A stretch of 64,000 nt of DNA from Phoronis australis (taxonomy: Eukaryota; Animalia; Phoronida), in NCBI GenBank assembly GCA_002633005.1, contig NMRA01000619.1, positions 83,528 through 147,527 on the forward strand, given 5' to 3'. The first letter of the stretch is position 1. The number at the start of each line of letters is the position of its first letter. This document shows, in pieces, positions 50,251-64,000 of the stretch. The notes under the pieces were generated by a model. That model saw only the letters and a program-made list of their open reading frames with translations, made no database searches and had not been told where the DNA came from. The position numbers and the translations under genes were made by a program.

Positions 50251-52088
50251 GAACAACATGGTGAAAAGCAAGAAGTACAAGACATACAGTAAAATCTAAG
50301 CTAAATGGATAAAAGATTTTTTTCCATGAATGATGTGCAGCAACAAATTAAATGCTTTTCCATGTTCAGGCTTCATCCCACACCTACTATCAGAAATTGT
50401 GTGGGCAATCAAAACCAAGTTATCAGCCTTTGAAAAATACAATACCGTATTATTCAGAAAGTGTTATCGTAGCCCAGTACAATATAGTCTAGAAATACCA
50501 AAGATGACTACATACATAAGAAAGGGCCTGAAACAACCAGGTCACTTGTTTTGTTGTTTTTTTTTTGCCCTGGTACTTCTTTCATGTAAAAAGGAAAAAG
50601 ATTTAAGCATCTAGAAGAACACTTCACTAACAATAATGTGAACACTATTCCAATATGCTCCACTGCACAAACTAGCAACACCACTCAACTTTGTTAGTAA
50701 AATGTCATTTGGTTGATAACATGACAAATACTGGTGACTCTGGGGTTCCAACTAATGCACCTCATGTACACTCCCATTTTCTGTTATGAATTCATAAGAG
50801 GTTGACAAGAAATGATCTTCAGTCTTAAATCATGATTGCTAACATCAGTCATGGAAAACTTCTTTTGATCATTTATCATCACTCAGTGACAAGAAATCAT
50901 ACATAATGTCATGACTGATATCAGGAAGAGATAACCAGGAAGGGACAACTAGCTAAACCGCTGTTTTTGGTCTCTTTCCCCGGACTAATTTCAGGAGTTA
51001 AGTTTCATTAAAAGAAAACAGATGATTTCATCAAAGAGAGTAAAGCTTCTTCTACAGAAGGATATCAAAAAACTCACTTTGAAACCTTAAACAGTGGTGT
51101 AATTGTACTTTGAAAATATCGACTTCAGCGCACGCAATCGCAATTTCCCACACGCAGTCATGGGTATTTAAGCTCCCTCATTAGCATATCAAATTTGCAT
51201 ACTGTAAATGGGAGTTTTTGAGATTCTCGTCAGTTGTTACATCAAATGGCGTCTTTACGTGAGTTTGTGACAAAAGAATCTCATTGTGACGGATTTTATT
51301 CAGCAAGGAAACTTCTGTGGGACACGTTTGTCTTGGCTCCGTTTAGTGAAGTAATATTTGAGGAGTTGTCCGGCCTCTTCCATGAACTAGGGCGGAATAA
51401 TACGGTTCGAATTGCCAGAAACAAATGGCGAAGAGCGAGGCCGACGTAGTGTTTTGCGTACCGAGTGAGGTCATGCTCTGCGCGAGAGAAAGTTCACAGA
51501 AAATTTATTCGGCCATATGGTGCTACCACAGTTGGACTTGAAGAGCAAATATGAAAATACAGAAAATGCTAATTTTGACAACTGATTACTTTTGTCCAAT
51601 AGCAATTTTTACCATAGATGTGATGTTGATATAAATGCTTTTTCTTTTAGAAAATGCAACACATGCAACTGGTAGATATTAAATAAAATATCAACTACAG
51701 ACACTCAATAATAAGATATGGCCAGAGCAAGAACACGTCAGGTTCTTGGGGGGTTTCATTTTCCATTCGATGACCAAGGAGTTTGACCCAGTGGCATTAG
51801 GCTACTTTACCTTACACTAAGTGTTGAGCAGTGCACAAAAGATAACCAGGAAATAATCATGAGATGTATTGCCATGATAACACCCTGTTCCCAGTACTGT
51901 AGGAGTGTGTTTGTGAATTGGGCTGATAACTGCAGAAGTACACAACTTGATTCACTGATCAAACAAAGGTGTGTACTTACTCAGTGGTACAGAAGGAGCA
52001 TACTAAGCAAGTGGAAGGTTACAAGTGGCTAAATGTCTGGGACAATGCAGTACCGTAATAACCACGTCGTAATGTAGCAGTGAAATGA

Positions 52089-55000
52089 TAAATGAAAGCG
52101 CTCCAAGGAGCGAAACTTGGCAAAATTAACAGAAAAAATGACGACAAGAGATGATGACAAAGATGACAGATATGACGACGATGGTGGCGATGATGAACAA
52201 TACAAGTAATGATAACATTCATGATGAACGTAGATGTCAGAAATCATTAAGAAACTGGATACAGTCTAGAGTGACACTTGGCGAAATTAACTGAAAAGAC
52301 GACGACGGATATGATGACGAACATGACGAATATGATGATGATGATGGCGATGATGAACAACATCATAACATTCATATGACGAACTTAGGTGTCATAAATC
52401 AGTAAGAAATATGCTACAGTCTTGTTAAATAGAACTTAAACCAACATCAATGCAGCAAGAGCGCTCAACAAAGGAACAGCGCTATCAGAAAATCTCGAAT
52501 AATTCAAAAAGTAAACGTCCTAGCGAAAAATGAAAAATATCCTCTGAAAGCCTGTTCAAAACTCTAAGACGTTAGTTGTGAAAAATTCCTTAAATTTTTT
52601 GGAAAAACAGAAACTTTGCGTTTTTTTTTGGAAATTTGCAGGGGTTTTTTTGAAATTCAAATTCAAATAACTCGAAAACGGTAAGTCTGAGAAAAAAATT
52701 GTTACAGTTCATTTGAAAGACTATACCTCAGAGAATCTACATGCAAAAATTCACGTCATTTTCTCTTCCCGTTTAAAATGGCACCCCACCACGACTGATA
52801 ATGGGTCAACATGCGCCAGATCCGCCATCTTGAAAGCAACTTCCGGTTTTTAGCTCTGAATAATAGCATGTCATAAGAAACTAATATCTGAAAAAATCGA
52901 AGGAATTGGTCCGATAATGCGCCATCTACCGGAGAAAACGTTTTTACTGTGGAATTGAAGTGCGCATGCGCCATGGCCAATATTTCCGCCATCTTTGACT
53001 GGAAGTTCGCGATTTTTTTACATATGGATAGCACTTGTCTAGTTCTATGTTTTCACTGATTTTCAGTTGTGTACTTTTATACCGTAAACTTTCGGGTTAA
53101 CACCCAAGTTCACTTAACCGCCATCCCCTACTTTAGGTGGATTTTTTATTTATCTGCCCACTGCTCGGTTAACCGCCCCTCTGCAATTTTTGAAGATTTC
53201 CAGTTAAGCGCCCACCTATCGCTTAAGCACCCATCCCCGACTTTTGAAAACTGATAATTACGCGCCCAGTGCTAAGCAAATACGCGATTACCCATTTTTA
53301 GATAAAAATCGATGATAACAAAGAATGCAACGACAGCGTCGGAGACGGTGGTTTAGCAATGTGAATTATAATACAAGTAACAAATTATTGTCCCGGGTCA
53401 CGGATTTGCTTCAAAATGTAATACCTTCAACGCTTTGTCACTTTATTTTCTTCCCATGTTCGCAAAACTAAGAACCCCGCCGGCTTCTATACCTACGATT
53501 TCAGCGGTGCCGTCTGCCGCGCTAAGTTTCCGTCTGTGCAGTGCTTTAGAAAAAACATATAATCGAAAAAATAAAGCCAGAGAAACGTGACAGTGATCTT
53601 GCCAACACTCCTAATTCGCTTTAGGTGGGAAGCTCGGATTTTTGAAGAATTCCCTTAACTTTGTGAATATTGTTTCCACCTAACTTTTAGCTTTTCCGAA
53701 TAATTTTGTTTCTTCATTGGCTAGTTTCAACCGGAACAAAATCCTTCCCATTGGAGTCTGAAATAGTACGGCATAAGCTGACTAAAACTTGGCAGCAGTG
53801 GGGAGGGGGCCTAGGGAACATCGAGCCGCGAGATTATCAGATTTGAGACTTCCCGCCGCAGTTATAAGGAGGCCCAAGTTCAGTGTCAAATAAACACCCG
53901 ATCAGCTTAAACCTACAGTCGAGCCGCTATACTCTTATACTTTTTACTGTTGCTGTTCTCTTTTGATGTGCGACTTTGGTGTGGTGCGTGCGCATGAGTT
54001 CCCACGCACTGGAGTGCAAGTTACCTTGACTGCATATATGAGTGACAGGCGACTCATATGCGCGTGCTCAACCCCGGAAAAAAGGTCTTGACAATTTGTT
54101 TGCCGCTGTCTTTTGCCATAAAAAACGAGACGCATATTGAAACAGGCCATTATATTACTCACCGCCATTTCCAAGTCACGATCGTTTGAGGGGACATTGC
54201 GTGCAAACAGCGGAACCGAACAGTGTCTCAGTACGATATTGTAGGTGATATTCTAATAAGATAATCTGGAAATCTTGCATATAAAATAAAAAATTTTTCC
54301 ACCACAAAATTTGGTAACTTGATCGTTCAACAATGAATAGAAACATCGCTGTTTTGTGACGTTTGCCGTGGTCCGTACATTGGAAATTCCAGGTCGCATG
54401 TTACGACTAAATACAAGATGACCAAAATCTCGGCTCGCATTTTGAAAATTCAGGTTACCAATGCAACCTGCAGCTCGTTATGCCAAGCTCCGAGTCCCGT
54501 TTGCAACAACCCCGACTCGGTAAGGATGCTTTGCTCGCTAGAACTCGCCACTAAATTGAGTGGTATAACAAACCACTGGTGCCAGATACCCTTCGTCTTC
54601 GAAATAATTTTACCAATGCAGGTACGGGTATGAACTACTTCTTTCTCAGACTCTACTGTACAGGTTCATTAGACTCATCCCATTCATAGTGTTTGTATTT
54701 TTTAAAATCTTAACTATTTGTTTTTGAGTAATGCCTTTGCGGTAACTTTTGATTGACAACTGGCTTATGTCTGCATACTTCTGCCGGGCGGTCAAAATAA
54801 AACAGCAGCAGAACCTTACGTTGAAAATGTCATTGAATCACGGAGTCTCTAACATAAACATCCCAAACACAAAAAAACACCTGAATTAGTTTTTCAAACT
54901 TTAATTAAAAATAACTTAAAACTGCTCTCTAACACATGACTGCTGTGACCTATGCAGCACATGGAGCTTGCACGCGCGCACTTTGCACTGTCACGTCAGT

Positions 55001-55565
55001 GAGGATAGCTGCAAAGTCACTGGTCGTCTGTGCTCTAGAGGTACAGCTCTATATTAGAGCACAGGTCGGCACGGGCTAATCAGCAATTTTGCAAATTTAA
55101 CTGAAATGATTAATCTGAGGAACATCAGAACCTTTGTTGGGATCATCTGCTATTATGACATTTTTACCGTCATTTGGCGACATGGTGAAGCTCGAAAAAG
55201 TGCTACGCGTTCCAACTACGTTTAGGGACTGGGATCATGAGGTAAGGTTAACCGCCCACCCCAGTTGTCTGTTGTAATAAGCGCCCATGTTTGGTTAACT
55301 GCCTACTCGCGATTTCTTGAAATTTCACGTTTAAGCGCCCAATGTCTGGTTAACCGCCCACCCCCGATTTTTTGGGTTTGCCAATTTAACCACCCAGGGC
55401 ATTAACCCGAACGTTTATGGTAATTGCGGCTTCTATGAGCATCTGAATCTGAAATTGGAAACGAAATGGCCACCACATCCGTCATTTTGAAACCGATCAT
55501 GACCAAAAACAATAGGCTTCCAGCACTTCCGGATATACAAGTTGTGTATAAATTTTGTGGAAAAT
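52089..55565 (-). mobile_element. HINE family C copy 2 (inverted), interrupted by family B copy 4
   Basis: aaatgaaagcgctccaaggagcgaaacttggc is the reverse complement of the C 3' end; homology to 34830-35907 over about 52089-53030 and 55423-55565. Confidence 0.82.
53082..55420 (+). mobile_element. Family B element copy 4 (2339 bp)
   Basis: TA|CCGTAAACTTTCGGGTTAAC ... TTAACCCGAACGTTTATGG|TA. Confidence 0.9.
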
Positions 55566-55575
55566 TAGATACTTG

Positions 55576-57310
55576 CACGTGGTCGTATGGACCAAAAAAG
55601 TCAGCCTGACCATACCCATTCCTCGACTTAAAAAAAATCACGTGGTGGTCGTCGAGACAAAAATTAATCGCCCAAAGTTTGGTTATACTTTAATTTGAAT
55701 TTCTTGTTATGATAATCTGTTCATGGAAATGGACTTACTTCTACAAAGAAAAGCTTCAAAACACTGTGATCCTTAGAGCGACATTAAACGAGTGCGCTCA
55801 GTGAAAGTAAAAATTACACTCTTCCTTGAGTAAACTAAATTATTTACTGGTGTTGAAAAAATTGGCGTCCTGCCGTTCACTCTGCTGCTAAAATTTGGGT
55901 GCCCTCTTTAAGGTCCGCTTTCAGCGCCGTCACCTGTTGCCTTATTGGCCAGTTTCGTTCCCGAGTTGTTCTTCTTCCAAGTATAACAAGTGATCGAACT
56001 GTTCGTACATGTCACAATAATTTATTAGAGCTGATTTCATTTTCTTACAAGTTTTAGTATTTTAATACCAGGAAACCGAAATTCATAAAAAATTTTGCTC
56101 CTGCGAAGCTGTCATCATCTCCCGACAGATGTCACAAAATGTTAGGAAATAGCGCATGTTGAGCATACTGTTTTCTTTGTTACAAAAGGCTGAGAATTAC
56201 GAGATAAAATAACGTTTACTAGATTGTTTTTCAATAAAGCGGCTCCAGCGGGCAAGGCGAGTGTCGGTTGACACCCAGATATTTGCACGCTCCCCTGCCG
56301 GTTTATAGCTCTACATGTTGATATAAGTTTCGCGACTAAGTGACGAGCAGAACTACCCAGGCTATGTGAAATTTCGGAGTCTAACGGAGCTCAACACACA
56401 ATGCTACTGGTACCTAGCTGTATTTGAAGAAGGTCTTCATACAGCTAGCTGGCTAGCTAGGCCCAGAGATGAATCAACGTTACAGGAAAGAAAAATGAAA
56501 AAATTTGTGAGTATGCACATGTTGAACTCTTGACTGGACTATGTACTCGCACAGCTAATGACCTATACCTCTTTGTGCTGTATAGCCTTAGTGAACTCAC
56601 GAAAAACAGCGCTTGCAGTGGGGCTTTACCGAACTAATAAATTTCTAATTTTCAAGGTAAAAAAGAAAAATGCTGCGCATTATTTAGGAATATGTGGATG
56701 CCAGTAACCAACCTTTATACTTACAAAATTCATATTAAAATGCTGAAACATGTAGTTCAGGCCTCTTTTAAATGACTGAGAGAGGGTGGTCGGGGCTGTT
56801 AATTTTCGTAGGCATAGACACGATGCACTTTTCTTGAGTCTCCGCAGAGCGCTTGTGGTCAGGGCGGGCATTTTCCGTCCAATTGACCATGCGCTATAAT
56901 TAAGTAGGCCTATCTTAGAGAAGGCGCGGTCCCGACAGATAATTTTTGACCATACGACCATGCACTTTAAATGACTGAGAGAGGGTGGTCGGGGCTGTTA
57001 ATTTTCGTCCGCACAGACCCCACGCAATTTTGCTCAAGTCTCAGAACACCTGTGGTCGGGCGGACATTTTGCATTCAAACGACCACGCGCTATTTAAGTA
57101 TCTTAGAGAAGGCGTGGTCCCGACAGATAACTTTTGACCATACGACCACGCGGTTTAAATGACTAAGAGAGTGCCTGTGGTCGGGAGACAATTTTCATTC
57201 ATACGACCACCCATTCCGTCAGCAGCGTGGTCGGCGGACACATTTCATACACAACGACCACCTTCAACTGCATGGTCCATGCGGATAGAATTGATCCATA
57301 CGACCATACG
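55576..57310. mobile_element. Unclassified TIR element with a subterminal tandem repeat of about 200 bp rich in TGGTCG/CGACCA
   Basis: tggtcgtatggaccaa at 55580 is inverted to ttgatccatacgacca ending at 57306; repeat units start near 56767, 56966 and 57154. Confidence 0.55.
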
Positions 57311-57629
57311 TTTTAGTTTGAGTTAAATTAAGCTTTCATAGCATATGTGGTTGGTGGAGACCGCTTAATCATCTTGTTCAGCGAATTTGGTAATACTGCA
57401 GCCTACACGGGCATTTTAGTACAAGTCTAAGTACACAATCTTGTAGTCATTTGATGGTTATTTACACAACGTGCGTTATCCTACTTTCAAAAATGGCGTC
57501 AGTACATGAGAGAATCGAGTACGGGAAATTCGTTCATAATTTGTGCAACACTGACTGTTTTGAAGCAAGAATAACGTCGCAAGGAGAGTATAGGCTTTGC
57601 CGAGAAAATATGACATTAACTACATTTAC

Positions 57630-58470
57630 CGAAAAGGGTGAATTGGTGGGGACTGTAGGGAGGCATATTTGTCACCATTACCAAAAGAAAGGTGAGGTAT
57701 AGCCATTGGGGACTTTATTATATAGGGACCCATACTTTTCACTTTTACCAAGATTCCAGCGTATGAAACTCCTATAAGAGTTTCACCGTCTTGACTGGGG
57801 ATAGCTGGAGACGGTGGTCGCTGTCTTACGCCAATGCAAGGCAACGGTGCCACAGTCATTCAGTCACTATTCACAAAGTGCAACGCGCTATGCTTAACGC
57901 CCTGCCTAACAGGTATATCCGATCAGTACCGTAACCGCCAGCAGTCCGTCTCCAGCGCTTCAGGACTGCTTGGAACAACTGGGTTCGCAACCTAAATAAA
58001 CAGAAAGATTACAAACTACCAAATACAAAAATCAAAACATGGTTTACCTTTGAACAGACCAGATAACTGACAACCGATCAACAGGCGCCACCAGCACCTA
58101 TCTTGATCTTGATCATGTTTATTATCTTCATAACGAGGTTAGAAAGTTGCTCTCAAGATGGCGCTGAAACTTTATTGCATATTTCACCTGGGGTGGAGTT
58201 ATGGCACCTAATCATGAGATAAAATAGCTCATTGTGTGCACCATAACAACGCTCACTCAGTAGCCATTCACCTGTGATGATTGGTCTGACAACTGAAGTT
58301 GGAAAAGTATAAACGTTGCATGCTGTCGCGCAGCTTTTAAGGGCGTTTACGAATAATAAAAGTGTTACACATTAATTGTTTAAGTAGGTTTAGTGTACAT
58401 TATGATTCCTTTTAAATACCCGGGCGCAGAACAAAATGAAGAAGGCACGCCTACTAACTGGGCGGCGCAT
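57630..58470 (-). promoter_or_regulatory. Candidate promoter and 5' UTR exons (57630-57991, and 58048 to about 58150)
   Basis: Non-repetitive, relatively CpG-rich island; minus-strand donors AAG|gtaaac (58047) and TCG|gtaaat (57629), acceptor tctgtttatttag (57992); CAAGATGGCG, CCAAT and GGGCGG motifs. The link to TMC is inferred only. Confidence 0.3.
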
Positions 58471-58700
58471 CATAGGGGACTAGGGGCAATAGCCCCCACT
58501 TTTTTCAGTGCTACGCCGCAAGAGCTTTGTTTGCGTAAACACGCTGGCTGTTGAGAATTTGACCAGCCAATCACTGGTGTAAAAAAGTTCCCGTTGAAAA
58601 TTAAGTGTTACTTGTGCTGTACCGACCACCTGGCGGCACGCAGGGAACCAGCGAGGACGGCGCAGCACTGAAAAAGTGGGGGGCTAAAGCCCCTTAAGTC
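58458..58700. mobile_element. Small MITE-like inverted repeat
   Basis: gactaggggcaatagcccccacttttttcagtgct is inverted to agcactgaaaaagtgggggctaaagccccttaagtc. Confidence 0.65.
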
Positions 58701-58799
58701 GGCCGTTGGTGAAATTTTATGGTTGCTTAAAGAATATAAAAATGGCTATTATTTTTTTGCTCAGGGCGCTGCTATCGGTAATATGTACTTTCTCCGTAT

Positions 58800-61700
58800 G
58801 TAGCCATTAGAGATTGTGTCTGGAGCAGATTCGGTGTTTATAGAGCCTGGCGCCTTCATCATCCTGCTGACAAGAAATTTACCTGGAAGAGTCCTGACGC
58901 GGTGAAGAAAGCTGGACTTGATTTCTTCCTTACATCAGAAGAAATGTGTGGTTTAATGGAGTCATACGGTATTGATTCAGGTTATAGACTTGATGTGATC
59001 AAAGTGTAAGCCTCAGTTTTCGAGTAACAAGTTTCACTAGAGGCCAAGGCTTAGGCGATTCAATAACTCTCTTTTATCGAATACGGATTATGTTAACTTC
59101 GTAAAAAACCATAATCAGCGTTATCGAGGAATACGCAATTATTCTTCAGTTATAACAAGGATAACGTATCGGCTATTCCTCATGATGAGATACAAATTTC
59201 CACTGACGACGCTTTATTTTAATGAAAATAAGAAGTGATTAATTATTTATCTTTGAAAAAAGAAATCATCCAAACGCAACAAATGACGCTTTTAGAAAAC
59301 AAAAGACGCTTTCTTTTGGAGTCAACGGAACAGCCACTCTCAGTTATTTGATTAAATCCTCAAACAGACCGATAACGAGTTAGAAAATCTTCGAAAGGGA
59401 CTCATGAGGGGCCACGTAATAAGATCCCGCGCTAGGTGGATTGAACTGGGAGAAAAGCCATTCAAGTACTTCGCCAATATTACGAAGTTGATAAATTGCG
59501 AAGGAAATACTATTAAAAGTCAAAGTGACTTGCTGTCAGAAATCTATACTTTTTATAAATCCCTGTACAGTTGTAAAGATGACGATCTGGACGGCGTTGA
59601 ATTATGTTTGTTATTTTTAGCAAAGGGTCCCAAGCTCACAGGGAACGAACGCGTTACACTCTAGAAAAAAAATTTCAGTGATGGAAGCTCTTGAGACTGC
59701 GATCTATGAGAAAAATAGCAAAACGTCAGGTTCTGATGGCTTCTCATCCGAGTTTTTCAATTTTTTTGAAAGACATTTCTGTCTTTACGGTGAGATCGTT
59801 CAATAAAAGTTTCGAATTGGGTTGCTTACCTGATAGCCAGCATCAAGGTGTAATTTCTATTATTCCCAAGGGGAAAAGTCAAGAGAGCATCTTGGCAATT
59901 GGCGCCCTACCACCCTATTAAATACGAGCTACAAGATTCTTTCGGGCTGTATCGCCTAACGTGCTAAATCAGTCATTAATAAACTATTAATTGGGATTTA
60001 TAACGGGATTGTTTATTGGGGAAAATACGAGAACAATATACGGTCTACTTCATTTCAGAGATGAACATAGTATCCCAGGTCTCTTAGTAGGGGTTGACTT
60101 CGAAAAAGCATTTGATTCTGTCTCCTGGAATTTTATATACAACACCCTGCGTTTTTTTTTTCAATTTTGGCAAAAAATTCGTAAATTGGGTTCGCCTTAT
60201 GAACTAGGGTGCAAAACTTTGTATTGTTCAAGATGGATTCACGTGACAGTTTTTCGAAATTGGTGGCGGCTGCCGTCATGGAGTCGTTCTATCCCTATCT
60301 GTTCATTATTTGTGCAGAGATTATGGCCAGCATGTTTCGGCAAAATAATAATATAAAAGGTAGCAATATAGTCTTATCGCAGTTAAACATTTTACAGTAT
60401 GCCGATGATACAATTCTCTGTTTTGATGGCTGCAACGAATCTCCAATACATTCTACGAATTTGTTGCACCAGTTTTACAAGTTCTCGAGTTTGAAACCCA
60501 ACCTGGGAAAAACTCGGTGTATTACGCTTGTCTCCTCGCGTACAGATTCATTTACTGCCCTTGGTATCAACTTTCATGTTAACTTAAGAGAAATCTAAAC
60601 TAATAACCGAGTACGATGACAAAATTTGTGAAATAAGATCAACGTTAACAAAGTAGTCCAAAAAGTTCTTTAGCACCTTTTGGGAAAATAACTGTCATTA
60701 AATCGTTGTGCCCTGCTAAAATTGGTCCATCTCTTGACAACATTGCCCTCTCCATCAGACGACACAATTGAATTGCTAGATAAACTATTTTACAGTTTCA
60801 TCTGGAGCAATAAACTTGACAAAATTAAGAGAACTACCTTGATTCAAGATTTTACGCTGTGAGGGTGCAAAATAGTTCATCTGAAGTCATTTAATCATCA
60901 AATCCCTTAAAATTTCGTGGTTCAGAAGATTGGTACTCAGTGATGGAAGAAAATTTTAATTTCTACAAATCACTTCACGCAACTTGCTTCATTTTGGCAA
61001 GACCTGTTTTCGTTCTCTCGCTGCTTCGGTTAAAAATCAGTTTTAGGTAGTTTTTCGAAATGTTGGAAAATTGATTGGCATTTTCACGATTAACAAGGCA
61101 AGGAGTCCCTACGAGCCAATTTAGGTTTAATCCCAAAATCTCAATTGACAAAAAATACATATTTTACGGAGGTTGGTATGCCAAGGACATTGTATACTGT
61201 AATTTACTTAACCTTTTATACCCTGCCTATCTTAATCATGTCATTTTTTCATTGTCGTAAATACTCTCATTGTCTAGAGTCATCTCTTAATTTATTTCAT
61301 CTGTCTCAGTTAATTTTTTACCATTATTTGTCATTTAGTTATTGTCTTAATTCTCAACCTTAACTGTTTTAATTGTATCTTTGTTACGTATATTTCATTG
61401 TTGTTTTATTACTTCATTGTATTATATTACTGTTTTTCTTGTTGAGGGCCCTCTTGGAAAGCAGTGCTATCACTGAAGAGGCCACCCTCATTTTAAATAT
61501 CACAATAATAAAAAAATAAATATTTATGGTAATTTGATGTCTTATGAAGACTTCTGTAATTATTACGGATTTTCTGCACCATCCACTGTATTCATGAGCA
61601 TGCGATGTGTTGTTCGTAACTTATACATGTGGATTTGTCCCAAATCATTCTTCCTCATCGCCCAAGGTTTATTACCACTTTCCTCAACACATGTAAAAAC

Positions 61701-62490
61701 GAGAACAGAGTGTATAATAAGTTTATTACTTGCTTATACAAAAAAAAACAAAATTTCAAAGTAAGTGGGAAGACTGTCTCAATAGTGAACTTTCAGGTGA
61801 ATGTTGGAGAACTGTCTATAGATTGAGTTCTTCGTCCAATAAAGACACGAATCTTAAATGGTTCCAAATATAAAAGACTTACTCAAAAATTCTTAGCACT
61901 TATTGTTTCTTATCTAAAATAGGTGCAGTAACTCATCACTCTGACTGTGTACATTCTATGGAAGAGGCCCAGAGAATCTTTGCCATGTAGTTTGGGAGTG
62001 TGAAGTTATTCAGAAGTTTTGAAAGTTGAACTGGTTTACAGCCAAAACAGGAATTGTTATTAGATTGAAGTTGACAGTTGTTATCTTAGGGAAAGTGGGA
62101 GCCAAACATGTGATTAATCTCCTCATTTGCTTAATAAAAGGTCACATGTATAGAGCTAGGTTAAATTCCAGACCTCCCTGCTTGGAATGGCTGAAAAATG
62201 ATATTTTTTGAATATCATAACATAGAAAAGGTAATTTACTTTAAGAGAATGAATTATGAGCACTTTAGAAAAAGGTCTATCCCTGTAGGACTTTTTGTCT
62301 AACGATCTAATAATTACACGTGTGACTATAGTCGATTCCGGTGTGAATGGGGTGTGTATGGTCTTTATCAAATACGCTTGTGTATTTACACAAGGAGTAA
62401 TGTTTATAACAAGCATCACGTTGTTCTTTAAGCTATAGTTGTGAATATAATAAACGTATTATGTCTGAAAAAAAGAATATAAAAAAATCA
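58800..62490 (+). mobile_element. Decayed, 5'-truncated L1/Tx1-clade LINE (ORF2 pseudogene)
   Basis: LDFFLTS, IRSRARWIELGEKPFKYF, NWRP.TLLNT.YKI, GENTRTIY, DFEKAFDSVSW, YPYLFIICAE, QYADDT, FGKITVIKSL, C-terminal H.VWEC; AATAAA and A-rich tail near 62450-62490; many stops and frameshifts. Confidence 0.92.
61200..61520 (+). mobile_element. 3' UTR and tail of a second LINE inserted in the L1/Tx1 element
   Basis: T-rich UTR, stem-loop gagggccctcttggaaagcagtgctatcactgaagaggccaccctc and an (aat/aaat) tail interrupt the ORF2 homology. Confidence 0.6.
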
Positions 62491-63711
62491 AACGAAACTA
62501 AAATTAAACCACAGTTAATATTATCCTATCTCGAAAATTAAAAAAACACGCCATCTACTGTTTTGCAACAGATACGTCAGTTTTAACTCACATGCTATTT
62601 TAGAAAAAGCAACTTCTTCGCATGTCGAGGCATGGGCCTCACTCGGATATAGGCGCACATTTACGTGCAGGCACGCAAGCCGAAATGCGCGCATTCTCTC
62701 GAAAAAATGCTTTTTATTTCTTTTTCTTAAGAATCATTTTAAATAGCTCACGAAGAGCCATTCTTTCTAAATTAATACTCAATTAAAACGCATTTGTATA
62801 TTCTGTAAAGTAACAACTCAGGTTGTGAGGCTGAACACTACTTGGTTTATCATGAGTGTGGAACATTTTGTATTCAGCACACCCATGAAATCATGGCAAC
62901 AGTGACCACGCTTTGTTTTCAGTGTGGCCCTGAAGGCAAACTTCATTCACGGAATAACTCGTCACACATCTTTTAGTTCTCGGTAGCACCATCACATCTT
63001 GAGAATTCTCAGGTGGCGTGCGTTACAAAATAAAAACAAACAGGAACACGCGAAAACAAAAGGAGAATAAAACTATAGTTAGACCGAAAAGTTAAGCTAC
63101 ATTGAAAATGCCCAGTCATGGTCATTTACATGCCGTCCGATCAACAAGCTGATCGGACGTCTTATGTGAACATGCCAAGAATTGTACGACACTTGGACTA
63201 CCTCAAAATCCAACGCTGCCTGCTGGTTTGGTAATTGGCCCATTATGTTGCACACCTCATGCAGAGGCACAGAACAACGCGCGAGCTGTGGACAACATTT
63301 GGTTAAAATTCACAGGCTAAAAGTCACACGTCTTTTCCGACTTTAAAAATTCAAATACCAAACAACCTGTACTTATCATAAAAGATTCAAATATGCTATT
63401 TAAAGACTTTCACTAAAAATCGAAAATTAAAAAGAAAATTCGTCGACCCCAGTGTTTATTGTGGGTCTGATTATTCAAGAACATAACATCGGCAGCTTGA
63501 GGCAATTTAATTAACTACAACCGCATGAGGTCTTTGATCCGAAACGGCAATCCCTGAGGTAGGCAAACCGATCGAGTTGCCCAATCTCGACCGGTTCGTG
63601 TGTCAGGGTAAGATTCATATCATGAACCATCGCCAGACGTCTAACTGTCTTTTCTTATCATCTTGGGCCCCAAAACCAAAACAGCAAATCTGTCAGCTTA
63701 TCAGTGATATT

Positions 63712-64000
63712 CAGTGGCGGATTTAGGGGGGGGGGNCCATGCCCCCCCCCCCTAATTCTACGAGATACCATTTGGGAGTTCGGGTGCCCGCAAGCAGGGG
63801 CTCGTGGGGGGTGAATAAACAACGCATAGGCCCAGAACAAACTGAAGAAACCCCGTTTACCATTTTTATTTTTTAGTCAACAGGTCGCAACCCCAAACAT
63901 TCGAGGCCTCTGTGTCCCCACACTTTAGGCTGGGCGCGCGCATCTTTCGGAATTCTGGTCATTCCCATGCCCTGGCCCCCCTAACTCAAAATGCTGGATC
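63712..64000. mobile_element. hAT-like MITE running off the right edge
   Basis: Starts CAGTGGCGGATTTAGGGGGG; the window ends in ggcccccctaa...gctggatc, the expected start of the inverted terminus. Confidence 0.6.

Noticed and set aside
57494-57702. Plus-strand gene start MASVHERIEYGK
   Set aside because: Good ATG context and possible donors, but no recognisable homology and no downstream exons before the LINE.

Overview
Repeat-rich animal genomic DNA (AT-rich, two N gaps at 3475-3766 and 45153-45300; repeat spectrum suggests a marine invertebrate such as a mollusc, which is inference). The only host gene I can support is a minus-strand TMC (transmembrane channel-like, TMC7-like) gene. Seven coding exons between 43605 and 17116 splice in phase through GT-AG sites into 344 aa, and the gene runs off the left edge. 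Most of the rest is transposon: two Tc2/pogo-like non-autonomous families (TA target, CCGTA ends), Kolobok derivatives with THAP remnants (TTAA target), Helentron-type HINEs, a decayed Gypsy-like element with CG...CG LTR ends and a 3-bp TSD, a young gag-only LTR element, a decayed L1/Tx1 LINE, a tRNA-derived SINE, MITEs and minisatellites, with extensive nesting. The most notable items are the intact gag-only LTR element, the non-canonical Gypsy, and HINE arrays carrying a CTCF-like motif about every 145 bp. No CRISPR or prokaryote-type system is present. All calls were made by eye; no database search was run.
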